A stretch of 32,000 nucleotides of DNA from an uncultured bacterium (GCA_963759805.1 CAVXAT010000004.1:10562-42561), one strand, 5' to 3'. Counted from the stretch's first letter, positions 1 through 8,497 are shown. The notes: generated by a model from the letters alone, not told the origin. Translations and numbers: made by a program.

Positions 1-604
1 CAGTATTTTTTTGAGTTGCTTTAGTTGTAACGTCTTGTACAAATTCGCTAAATGCCTTTTCATGTACTGATGGTTCCGGAGTTGATAACGAGACCCCTTT
101 ATCTATAGGTGTAAACTTTGGGGCTTCTGTCGCAGGTCCTGAGGGTATTTTTGGTCCATGTTCACTCCCTGGTGCTTGTGGCGGTGCAACCAATTTTGGA
201 ACTTCTTTTCCTATTCCAATTGGTAGAAACTTAGCCGTTTTCTCTTTTGTTATTTCTTGAGCTGCAGCCTTTTCTCGAACATCGAGAGGATGTGGAATGT
301 TTTGCGTAGCTTCAATGTATGGTTGAGCTTGTTTCTTTTCGCTCTCTAATGGTGCTTCATATCCTATCGTAGGTTTTGGGGTAATAGATTCCACCGGCCT
401 CTTTACTGTAGCTTCAAATCCTTTGGGAACGGTCAATGCGGCTGGTTTTTCCATTGGTTTTGCGGATGTTTCTGGTCTCGAGGTCTGTTTGGGAGATTCG
501 TAGATATGCTCGGGCATTCTTTCTCTTGGAAATTCAGCCCACACACGGGAGCCACTTAATAATGTCATAATCAAAATGGCTCTAATAAAAAATATATTTT
601 TCAT
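1..604 (-). CDS. Partial CDS (C-terminus lies beyond the window edge): secreted Pro/Glu/Lys-rich protein, N-terminal paralog of the neighbouring 940-aa protein
   Basis: Absent from the ORF track because it runs off the window. I checked the minus-strand frame starting at ATG 604..602 triplet by triplet and found no stop down to nt 2. It begins MKNIFFIRAILIMTLLSGSRVWAEFPRERMPE..., which parallels MKNKFLIRAILTVAIFLGYSNIWGAEPHLLREPRPERMERP of ORF 673..3495. Confidence 0.6.
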   Translation of the reverse strand, partial: MKNIFFIRAILIMTLLSGSRVWAEFPRERMPEHIYESPKQTSRPETSAKPMEKPAALTVPKGFEATVKRPVESITPKPTIGYEAPLESEKKQAQPYIEATQNIPHPLDVREKAAAQEITKEKTAKFLPIGIGKEVPKLVAPPQAPGSEHGPKIPSGPATEAPKFTPIDKGVSLSTPEPSVHEKAFSEFVQDVTTKATQKNT

Positions 605-672
605 AACGGTTGGTCCTCTCTTTTTTAACACAGATATTTGGACATCCAAATATCTGTGTTATTTACCATTTA

Positions 673-3495
673 TTACTTTGCTTTTATTCCAAGAAACTCG
701 GGTGAAAAGCCTAAAGCATCACTAAACGACTCGTATTCGCTTGCTATAATGCTATCTACATATTTACTGTTTTTCCTCAAATCTGCTAATCTCTTTTTAA
801 TTAATTCTGCAGGAGTTTGTGTTGATTTGTCATCTTGTGCCACTGGTAGATACACGGCAAACATGCATCTAAATTTGATTTGATCTGCAACAAGAGACTT
901 GGATGCATCATTTATATCTGTCATTGCTTTTTCATATGCATCTTCTAGTTGAGCATTACTTGGATCAGCTTTTAATTTGAGTATGGTGTTAGTAAGATTT
1001 GTTTGTGCTTGAATTAATTTTAAGCTTGATTTGTTACAGATTTTAGAAAATTCTTGATCAGGATTAATTGCTGAATCTTTACCATCTGCCATTCGTAGGG
1101 TTACACTTCCTTTTGCTGCACTTAAAATCTGATTTGCTTGCAGTGTTTCGCTTAAACATCTGAAAAATATAGATTGTAGTGCATACTTAGTTGCGTTTTT
1201 ACCAAGCAGAACGTTGGAATATAAATAACCTTTATCACCTTTAATTTTTGCGTAATATATTTTAGAAAAATTTTTAAACAAAATTTTTAAGACATCGTTC
1301 AATGACACATTCTTGCTGTAAATTTTTGTTGATATTTCAAACTCCGGTTTTTTTGTTAGAACAGTGATCTCTTCTTTTCCGTCTCTAACATCTTTAACCT
1401 TTTTCAAAAGAGTTTCAATTTTTGCTACCGTTGTTTTGTCAATTTTTGCTTTTACCATGCTTTTTTTCACATCCGTTAACATTGAAATGAGTTGGTCTAA
1501 ATGTAGCCATAAATCTCTGCCTGTTTTAGGCGGGCATTCAGACAGATGTTTTTGCAGGGAATAAATTAAAATGTGTTTTTCCGTATGCGTCATATCTTTC
1601 TTAATAGCCGGAGTAATTTTTTCTTTTATGAACTTTGTTATCTTGAGATAATCTTTGAGCTTTTGCGCCTCGCCTATTTGTTTAATTAACACGGTGTCTT
1701 CCGGATCGCTTACATTGTAAACCAGGTCTCCGTAAATTTTAAGTGATATGGCGCCAATAATTTGTTGGAATTTCTCAGGCATTTTTGATATGAGTATGTC
1801 AGGAGTTGGGTCTTGAGTTGGTGTTAAAATTAATCGGGAGTAAAGTTTGGTTGCTTCATCAATTATAAAATTAATTTTTTCGACATCTTTTTTAGAGTTA
1901 TCTCTTAATGTTGTGTTAACGAGCAAGATAATTTTTATCATGAAAATAAAGCCGGCAGTCGGTTGTATCAAAGTAGCAAATAATTCCCTTGCAGGTCCGT
2001 CTGGTAAAAGATTTTTAATTTCATCTGAATTTAATGCAATTCCGTTAATCCCTTGAGGAATCATTGTGACTAAAAATGGGGTAAATGGTGAGCCCAGTTC
2101 TCCCGCATCTCCTTTTACAAAGTCATATTCAAGGCGGATTGTTTCGGTTGAATCTCCAATTTTGGCTTCTCCTTCGATTACAAATTTTTGATCGGAGTAA
2201 TTGGATTCTTCCAACGCTTTTGCAAATTTTTCTTCAATATCTGTGTAAAAGCTTGCAACATTTGCAACCACTTGTTGATGGTCAGGGTCGTCTTGTGGAG
2301 CGGGAGGGTAAGGAGAAGGTATAACCACACCTGAATCAGGTTGAATGTTCGGTATTGGGGATGGAATTGGCGTTGGGGATGGCGTTGGAGAAGGCACTAT
2401 GTCCGTTTGAGCGGCCGTTTGCCCAGAATCTTTATTTAAAGTTGCGCCAAGTATTGCACCCAATATTCCGCCCAAAGCCAAGAGTCCTGCGCCGATTGCG
2501 CCTCCCGCAATCAATAGTTTTTTATTTTTTTCTAAAAAACTTTGAGATTGTTCTTTTGGGGTTTCTGTAGATTTAAGCGCTTTGGTTAATTCGTTTAAAC
2601 TTTCGACGACATTGTGTCCTGCGGCTAAAACTGGTTCAATTGTGCCTGTTGGTGTTTTTTCTTTTGGTACTTGTACTGTGATTGGGGGTTTTGCGGCTTC
2701 CAGTTGTTGGGGCTCTAACAGTTTGGATACTGCTTCGTTAACTTTTAATGCTTTGTCTCTTATTCGTGTTTCCTCGGCAGGCAATTCAGCGGGTTTTAAG
2801 CTAGATGCCTGTTTGACTTTTTGTTCTTCTATGATTACAGGGATTTGTTTTTGCTCTTCAACGGTGGTTGTTGTGGAAGTTCTTCTTGCGGCTTCGGTTT
2901 CTAATTGCTCTTTATTTGCGGTTTTGAGCATGTCAGTTGCTTGCTTAAATGCTTCTCCAACATTTACGGCGCTTTCTCTTATTGGCGTTAGCTCTGCAGG
3001 AAGTTTAGTTGCTTCGCCAAGAGGCTTCCCCTCTTTTACTTCTAACGGTTTAAATGAGGGTTTTACAGCAGCTACTGCTGGTGCATGAGAGGTTGTTGTA
3101 GCAGGTTGAGCAGTGCCAGGTTGGGTTTCAGGTTTTGGCGTTTCAGATTTTGGAGCGGTCGAAGTTGGTTGTGCTTTAGCTTGTTCAGCTAATCTTTCTT
3201 GTACCCTTTCTTCGGCGGGCGTTTTTGCTTCTGCGACTGGGCGTTCTTCTTGTTGATATTCTGGAGTGCGTGCCTTTTCGGCTAGATGTTGTTCTGGTGC
3301 TGCAATTTGATGAACAGGATGAACTTCGAGGGGCTTGAGGGCTTCATGCTCGACAGCACGTATGGGTTCAATTGGCCGTTCCATTCGCTCCGGTCGCGGT
3401 TCTCGTAATAGGTGCGGTTCTGCTCCCCAGATATTCGAATATCCTAAAAATATAGCCACAGTCAAAATGGCCCTAATTAGAAATTTATTTTTCAT
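673..3495 (-). CDS. Large hypothetical bitopic envelope protein: signal peptide, ~300-aa P/E/A/K/T-rich region, central Gly/Ala/Leu TM helix, PSPTPSPTPIPSPIP linker, ~530-aa Lys-rich C-terminal domain of unknown family
   Basis: 940-aa uninterrupted ORF. N-terminal signal-like segment is MKNKFLIRAILTVAIFLGYSNIWGA. The hydrophobic segment is LLIAGGAIGAGLLALGGILGAILGATL. I recognise no catalytic motif. Confidence 0.75.
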   Translation of the reverse strand: MKNKFLIRAILTVAIFLGYSNIWGAEPHLLREPRPERMERPIEPIRAVEHEALKPLEVHPVHQIAAPEQHLAEKARTPEYQQEERPVAEAKTPAEERVQERLAEQAKAQPTSTAPKSETPKPETQPGTAQPATTTSHAPAVAAVKPSFKPLEVKEGKPLGEATKLPAELTPIRESAVNVGEAFKQATDMLKTANKEQLETEAARRTSTTTTVEEQKQIPVIIEEQKVKQASSLKPAELPAEETRIRDKALKVNEAVSKLLEPQQLEAAKPPITVQVPKEKTPTGTIEPVLAAGHNVVESLNELTKALKSTETPKEQSQSFLEKNKKLLIAGGAIGAGLLALGGILGAILGATLNKDSGQTAAQTDIVPSPTPSPTPIPSPIPNIQPDSGVVIPSPYPPAPQDDPDHQQVVANVASFYTDIEEKFAKALEESNYSDQKFVIEGEAKIGDSTETIRLEYDFVKGDAGELGSPFTPFLVTMIPQGINGIALNSDEIKNLLPDGPARELFATLIQPTAGFIFMIKIILLVNTTLRDNSKKDVEKINFIIDEATKLYSRLILTPTQDPTPDILISKMPEKFQQIIGAISLKIYGDLVYNVSDPEDTVLIKQIGEAQKLKDYLKITKFIKEKITPAIKKDMTHTEKHILIYSLQKHLSECPPKTGRDLWLHLDQLISMLTDVKKSMVKAKIDKTTVAKIETLLKKVKDVRDGKEEITVLTKKPEFEISTKIYSKNVSLNDVLKILFKNFSKIYYAKIKGDKGYLYSNVLLGKNATKYALQSIFFRCLSETLQANQILSAAKGSVTLRMADGKDSAINPDQEFSKICNKSSLKLIQAQTNLTNTILKLKADPSNAQLEDAYEKAMTDINDASKSLVADQIKFRCMFAVYLPVAQDDKSTQTPAELIKKRLADLRKNSKYVDSIIASEYESFSDALGFSPEFLGIKAK

Positions 3496-3687
3496 AACGA
3501 CAAACCCTTTCCTCTTAGTTAAAAAACTACTTACTTTTTGTAACTTAGCACAAATTACGCTGCGAATATGAGTTTTTTAAAAAAATAAAGATTTTATCTA
3601 CGCCTTAGCCCAAATCTATGTTATCAAAATATTGCTGTACTATCTTTGCTTTGCTAAGCTTCATTCAATCTGGATATTTTTAAACAA

Positions 3688-3792
3688 GGATTGCTCATTA
3701 ATCCATGGATCCTGAAACGAGTTCAGGATGACACAGGGCTCTGGTGAAAGCAATCTGACGCTTCGGCAGTTATGAACTAAATTCAGGATGAC
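3688..3792. repeat. GC-rich palindromic repeat element in the pilB leader
   Basis: Perfect 8-bp hairpin atcctgaa(3709-3716)/ttcaggat(3722-3729). The 11-mer ttcaggatgac recurs at 3722-3732 and 3782-3792. There is a gattgct/agcaatc inverted pair and a gc-ttcg-gc tetraloop hairpin. GC content stands out from the AT-rich intergenic context. Confidence 0.5.
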
Positions 3793-3818
3793 TTAAACTC
3801 GGAATTCGAGGAGTTGAG

Positions 3819-5528
3819 ATGTTAAAAAAGAAAGTAGGCGAAATTCTTGTTGAGCTTAATTTGATTACCCAAGATCAATTAAAAGATTGTTTAGAAGAAC
3901 AAAAAACCAGCGGGAAAAATTTAAGCCAAATTTTGCTGGAACGAAAACTTGTTTCCAATGTCGACCTTGCAAGAGCTCTGGCCAAAGAGGTATCTGTTCC
4001 ATTTATTGAGCGTATCACTGAGCAGATGGCTGACGCAACGCTCCTTGGCAAAGTACCTTTGAAATTTTTGCGTCAACACTTCGTTATCCCAATAATGTTT
4101 GAAGGTCGTAAGACAATTGTTACAGCAAACCCACGTGATTTGCAGCCACTAGATGATTTATCCCTACTTTTGGGTGGCGAGGTTAATTATGCGGTTACCG
4201 TTGAAGAGGTTATAAATGAGGCCATAAATCGCTATTATCCGCTGGAGAGTAGCAAGGAGATGATGGAGGAGCTTTCTGAGGGAGAGAAGGCGGAGGAACT
4301 TGAATTTGATGTTGGGGCACTTGATGAAAAAGATATAATGCAGCAAGCCAATGAAGCTCCAATTGTTAAGCTTGTTAACCACCTAATTGTTCAGGCCGTT
4401 AAAGAAGACGCATCTGATATTCACATTGAACCGTTTGAAAAAGAGCTCAGTGTTCGTTATAGAATTGATGGCGAGATGTACCAGCGCGTTATCCCACCTA
4501 AACGATATCAAAGTGCAATTGTTTCGCGAATAAAAATTATGGCGAATTTAAATATTGCTGAAAAACGTATTCCACAGGATGGAGCAATTCAGATAAAAGT
4601 CGGAGACAAACCACTCGATGTTCGTGTATCTATACTCCCATGTAGCTTTGGAGAGCGAGTTGAAATGCGTCTCTTGGATAAATCTCGTGGCGCTGTGGAG
4701 TTTGATAAGATTAATTTAAATCCGCGGGATTTTGCTCTTTTGAAAAAAAATATCGAAAGACCAAATGGTATAATTCTGGTCAGTGGTCCGACCGGATCAG
4801 GTAAAACCACAACGCTGTATTCGATTTTAAGTAGATTAAATCGCTCGAATGTTACAATAATTACAGTTGAAGATCCTGTTGAATACACCATTCATGGAAT
4901 TAGTCAGGTGCAGGTTAACGAAAAAGCCGGGCTCACATTTGCATCCTCCTTACGCTCAATTTTACGACAGGATCCGGACATTGTGCTGATCGGAGAAATT
5001 CGTGATTCAGAAACCGCTAAAATAGCAACTCAAGCAGCCCTGACCGGACATCTTGTTTTAAGTACAATTCATACAATCAGTGCTCCTGCTACAATTACTC
5101 GATTGATTGATATGGGTGTTGAGCCCTTTTTGATTGCATCGTCTTTGATCTGTGTTGTTTCTCAACGCTTGGTAAGACGTTTGTGTGATAAGTGTAAACA
5201 GAAGTATGAGCCCGAGGCCGGAATGTTTGGGCGGCTTGGGTTAAGCGCGCAGGATGCCAAGAAAATTACATTTTATAAAGCTGTTGGGTGTGCCGAGTGT
5301 TTGAATACCGGATACAAAGGCCGAATGGCTATTTTTGAAATTATGGAAATTAATGATGAGATTGCAAAACTTATTGTTCAACGTGCAGATGCTTCGGTTA
5401 TTCGACAAAAGGCATTACAGCAGGGTTTTACTTTACTGGGAGCCGATGGCGTTCGAATGATTATTGCCGGTGCTACTTCAATTGAAGAGGTGTTATCAGT
5501 GGCTTATGTTGAGGGGGTTGTGGAGTGA
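3819..5528 (+). CDS. pilB: Type IV pilus assembly / type II secretion ATPase (PilB/GspE family) with an N-terminal MshEN/T2SSE_N-type domain
   Basis: Walker A is GPTGSGKTTT. The Asp box/Walker B region is DPDIVLIGEIRD and the His box is TGHLVLSTIHT. Tetracysteine motif is CDKCK...CAEC. RBS gaggag lies upstream. The 569-aa length fits PilB better than GspE or PilT. Confidence 0.85.
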   Translation: MLKKKVGEILVELNLITQDQLKDCLEEQKTSGKNLSQILLERKLVSNVDLARALAKEVSVPFIERITEQMADATLLGKVPLKFLRQHFVIPIMFEGRKTIVTANPRDLQPLDDLSLLLGGEVNYAVTVEEVINEAINRYYPLESSKEMMEELSEGEKAEELEFDVGALDEKDIMQQANEAPIVKLVNHLIVQAVKEDASDIHIEPFEKELSVRYRIDGEMYQRVIPPKRYQSAIVSRIKIMANLNIAEKRIPQDGAIQIKVGDKPLDVRVSILPCSFGERVEMRLLDKSRGAVEFDKINLNPRDFALLKKNIERPNGIILVSGPTGSGKTTTLYSILSRLNRSNVTIITVEDPVEYTIHGISQVQVNEKAGLTFASSLRSILRQDPDIVLIGEIRDSETAKIATQAALTGHLVLSTIHTISAPATITRLIDMGVEPFLIASSLICVVSQRLVRRLCDKCKQKYEPEAGMFGRLGLSAQDAKKITFYKAVGCAECLNTGYKGRMAIFEIMEINDEIAKLIVQRADASVIRQKALQQGFTLLGADGVRMIIAGATSIEEVLSVAYVEGVVE

Positions 5529-5560
5529 AGTGTTTTACGCGAAACTAAAAAAAGAATAAG

Positions 5561-5686
5561 CGTCCCTCGATACAATTTACTTCGCAAATCACTCGGGATG
5601 AGCGGGGTAGACAGGCCCGCTCGTGGTGAGTGCGCACGTAGTGCGCGTATCGAACCATCGCCCAAAGGGCGGCGGGCAGAGTTTTA
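5561..5686 (-). repeat. GC-rich dispersed repeat, copy A (inverted relative to copies B and C)
   Basis: The reverse complement contains aaactctgcccgccgccctt, gggcgatggttcga and ctcaccacgagcggg, all shared with 13171..13255. The tail gcctgtc...tcgagggacgc resembles 15320..15340. Internal hairpins are gagcggg/cccgctc and cgccc-aaa-gggcg. Confidence 0.75.
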
Positions 5687-5821
5687 GGAGATGTCTGGTA
5701 AAATCCTTTTAATTTCAGCAAAAAACTCATTTATTTCAAAAATATTGAAATTTGAGTGGCCGACAAGTTATACAAGACTTGTGAATTTTAGTTGAACAAG
5801 TTTTGATGGGGGGGCCTTCAA

Positions 5822-6373
5822 ATGCCGTTTTGGTGCAATGACACATTGGTAATTTCGTTAATTCGACAGACCTCAACGGTTCAACGATTTATCTCTTCTT
5901 TTATATTAATTTTTTTCCCAACTTTTTTTCTCTTTTTATTTTTTTATCTTCCCTCAGCCTCCCAAATCAAAAAATTAAACGCCGATTACAATAATCTGTC
6001 GCAGCAAAAAGAGAAATTGGATCAAATTTATTCCCGATTAAAAATTTTTGAATTGGAAAATGATAAATTATTGGCACAGTTGAATTTAAAATTAAGAAAA
6101 AATAATCCGTCTGAATTTATGATGGATTTGATCCAGAAACATAAACTATCCTGTTCCAGTATTAAACCAATCAAATTTAAGAAGAATAATTTGATTAAAA
6201 AGGACTATTTTACTGTTTGTGTGAAGGGACTGTTTAATGATTGTCTTGAGTTGTTTGGGGATTTGAGTAAAAGTGATCAAATTATCAAGATTTGTGATCT
6301 TAAAATTTATAAGTGGAAAGAAAATAGAATTAAATTTGATTTGGTGTTTAGATATGTATCGCTTGCAAGTTAA
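5822..6373 (+). CDS. PilO/PilN-like pilus alignment protein (bitopic: N-terminal TM helix plus coiled coil)
   Basis: TM segment is FISSFILIFFPTFFLFLFFYL, followed by the coiled coil QIKKLNADYNNLSQQKEKLDQIYSRLKIFELENDKLLAQL. It sits directly upstream of the PilP-like and secretin genes. A G7 SD-like run lies at 5808-5814. The call rests on architecture and context only. Confidence 0.4.
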   Translation: MPFWCNDTLVISLIRQTSTVQRFISSFILIFFPTFFLFLFFYLPSASQIKKLNADYNNLSQQKEKLDQIYSRLKIFELENDKLLAQLNLKLRKNNPSEFMMDLIQKHKLSCSSIKPIKFKKNNLIKKDYFTVCVKGLFNDCLELFGDLSKSDQIIKICDLKIYKWKENRIKFDLVFRYVSLAS

Positions 6374-6704
6374 ATGGTTGTTTTTACTATTATTTTTTGG
6401 GGATGGTCTATTTTGCGTAACCGGCAAAAGTAATGGGCTTGCCAAAAAAATTCTAAGAGACCCGTTTAATTTGCCATTAAAATCGTTGGCAAAATCTTCA
6501 ACCAAAGAGCGCAGAGAGAACCGGATTAATCTTTTGGGAATAGTCCACAGCGCTGTAGAATATGGGGCGGTACTTGAGCTTGATGGCAAAGTGGAGACAG
6601 TATTTTTAAATGATGATTTTTACGGATTCAAAATTTTAGCAATTAAAACTACCAGTGTTGAACTAAGCAGAGGGAAAATTAAGAAAAAGCTTTTTATTGA
6701 ATGA
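6354..6704 (+). CDS. PilP-like small periplasmic protein
   Basis: I prefer the internal ATG at 6354 (MYRLQVKWLFLLLFFGDGLFC...), which gives a signal/anchor sequence. It carries an RDPF motif followed by a beta-rich segment (LLGIVHSAVEYGAVLELDGKVETVFLNDDFYGFKILAI), as in PilP. It lies immediately upstream of and overlaps the secretin gene. The ORF-track start is 6273. Confidence 0.45.
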   Translation: MYRLQVKWLFLLLFFGDGLFCVTGKSNGLAKKILRDPFNLPLKSLAKSSTKERRENRINLLGIVHSAVEYGAVLELDGKVETVFLNDDFYGFKILAIKTTSVELSRGKIKKKLFIE

Positions 6705-8445
6705 TCTTTATTTTGAAGGGGGAGTTGTGTTTTATCTCATTTTTTTACTGCAATTAATTTTGAGTACAAGTTTGATTACAAATTTTTTATTTGCCGATAG
6801 TGTTGTTTTGCCAACCGAAAAATATGATACATTGCCCTTGCCTCCGATGATACATGATTTAATTAAACAAGAGTACAGTAAGCAGAAAGAGGATACTCTG
6901 AATAAAATTGAAGAAATTGTTAAAAAAGAGTTAAAAGAAGAAGAGGGCAATGAAAAACACACAGTAAAAAAAAGAAAAAAGAGTTCTGGAAATAAAACAA
7001 AAACAGGCGAAGGGGGTATTTCCAGAGCATCATCGAGTAACGGTTTTTGGGATGCATTGAAAAATCCACAACTTGAAAGAGTATTGCGGACTTTGATTGA
7101 TGATCAGTATAAAGATTTGGATAAATACGATAAAACTGTCTCTTTAAAGCTGAAGAATGTAGATATAAAAAAGGCTTTTGAGTTAATAAGTAAAACATCC
7201 GGAATTCAAATTTTCGTTGACAGTGATGTGCATGGTACGATTGAAAATATCGATTTGAAAAATGTTCGAATCTCGTCAGCATTACGGTTACTGACAACGT
7301 CAAACAACCCTGTTCTTGCGGCATTGTGGGAAAATGAAGCAGTTCATATTGCAAAACTTTCAACAGCTGTTGAGTTACTCAAAACAAAAGCCATGGACCT
7401 CCTTGATAGTGATTATAAAAATGTATGCATAACAATTTATCATGCGAAGTGGAATGAGGAGCTAAAGAAGCGCTTAACTGCACTCTGGAAAGGTATTGTC
7501 GGAGACGGAAATGACAAAAATTGTGCATATTTGGTTTTTGATGATGAAAGTAAAAAAATCCTGTGTCATGCTCGTCAAGCTCAAATCAATTCGTTCAAAG
7601 AGTTTATTAGCAAGATAGATATCGAAATTCCTCAGGTTAAAATTGATGCTCGAATTGTAATTGCCAGCAAAGACTTTGAGGAGGCTTTGGGGTTTGATTG
7701 GTCAGGATATTATGATAAACGTGGCATGGTAACACATTCTGAATTTGCTAGTTTTGGTGCGAAGAAAAATGATTCGGATGATGATGCGTTTAAAACGGCA
7801 GTTAATTGGGCTATGAATTTTGTTCCAGGTTTATCAATGAAATGTCTCCCAATTAGGCTGCCATTTATCTGGGGTAACAAAAATTTTGATAGCAACAGAG
7901 TAAATTTGATACTGCAGGCGGCAGAGAACAAAAATCAAATTAGAACAATACTAAAACCGTCTTTACTTGTTAACAACGACGAATTGGCTGAGATTTTGGT
8001 TGGACAGCAGATGCCGCATGAGACAAAAATTGAAGAAACAGTTGAGGGCCAGCCTTCAAATGTTACCACAACTCAGTATAAAGATATTGGAATGAACGTA
8101 AAAATTAAATCAATTATAGCGCCTGATAGAGATTCGGTGTTTATGGATGTTTTTGTAGAGTACTCATATATCGCCAGACCAAGAATCGAATTTGATACCT
8201 TGCCCGGTCCCGGGAGTAAAAATTTTAATTACATAATTGAAACATCGCGATCTAAAAATCGTGTTCTTCTAAAAAGTGGGCAAACTACAATGATTGGTGG
8301 GTTGATTGTAAATGTGGAAGAAAGGATACAGACAGGGGTTCCGTTTTTACAAGATATTCCCGTTCTGGGCTTTCTGTTTAAAGCTCGACGAAAGACAGTG
8401 ATTGAAAAACAGCTTCTGATCTTTATTACGCCAACTATTTCTTGA
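6697..8445 (+). CDS. pilQ: Secretin (PilQ/GspD family outer-membrane channel)
   Basis: The C-terminal secretin signature is ...LLKSGQTTMIGGLI...GVPFLQDIPVLGFLFKARRKTVIEKQLLIFITPTI. The N-terminus is hydrophobic. The track start is TTG 6697. GTG 6727, preceded by aaggggga, is an equally plausible start. Confidence 0.85.
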   Translation: MNDLYFEGGVVFYLIFLLQLILSTSLITNFLFADSVVLPTEKYDTLPLPPMIHDLIKQEYSKQKEDTLNKIEEIVKKELKEEEGNEKHTVKKRKKSSGNKTKTGEGGISRASSSNGFWDALKNPQLERVLRTLIDDQYKDLDKYDKTVSLKLKNVDIKKAFELISKTSGIQIFVDSDVHGTIENIDLKNVRISSALRLLTTSNNPVLAALWENEAVHIAKLSTAVELLKTKAMDLLDSDYKNVCITIYHAKWNEELKKRLTALWKGIVGDGNDKNCAYLVFDDESKKILCHARQAQINSFKEFISKIDIEIPQVKIDARIVIASKDFEEALGFDWSGYYDKRGMVTHSEFASFGAKKNDSDDDAFKTAVNWAMNFVPGLSMKCLPIRLPFIWGNKNFDSNRVNLILQAAENKNQIRTILKPSLLVNNDELAEILVGQQMPHETKIEETVEGQPSNVTTTQYKDIGMNVKIKSIIAPDRDSVFMDVFVEYSYIARPRIEFDTLPGPGSKNFNYIIETSRSKNRVLLKSGQTTMIGGLIVNVEERIQTGVPFLQDIPVLGFLFKARRKTVIEKQLLIFITPTIS

Positions 8446-8468
8446 TTTTTCTCAAATTTTTTTTGATA

Positions 8469-8497
8469 TTGACACCAAAGCGATTAACAGCTATGTT
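8469..8497 (+). promoter_or_regulatory. Sigma70-like promoter candidate for the LRR gene
   Basis: TTGACA (8469-8474), 17-nt spacer, TATGTT (8492-8497), about 60 nt upstream of ATG 8558. Confidence 0.35.

Noticed and set aside
2582-3088. 168-aa + strand ORF (and other 60-80-aa + ORFs) inside the 940-aa minus-strand gene
   Set aside because: These are antisense to a long uninterrupted ORF. Their Ser/Cys/Phe/Val-rich composition is the mirror image of the P/E/A/K-rich region. No start context is present.
5545-5730. 61-aa minus-strand ORF (…LWAMVRYAHYVRTHHERACLPRSSRVI…)
   Set aside because: It lies entirely over GC-rich repeat copy A. Its composition comes from the repeat, it has no RBS, and the same DNA is read in a different frame in the prs copy. 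It is a spurious ORF.
6146-7363. 147-aa minus-strand ORFs 6146..6589 and 6920..7363
   Set aside because: They are antisense to the pilO/pilP-like and secretin genes. Their low-complexity, AT-driven sequence is typical of shadow ORFs.
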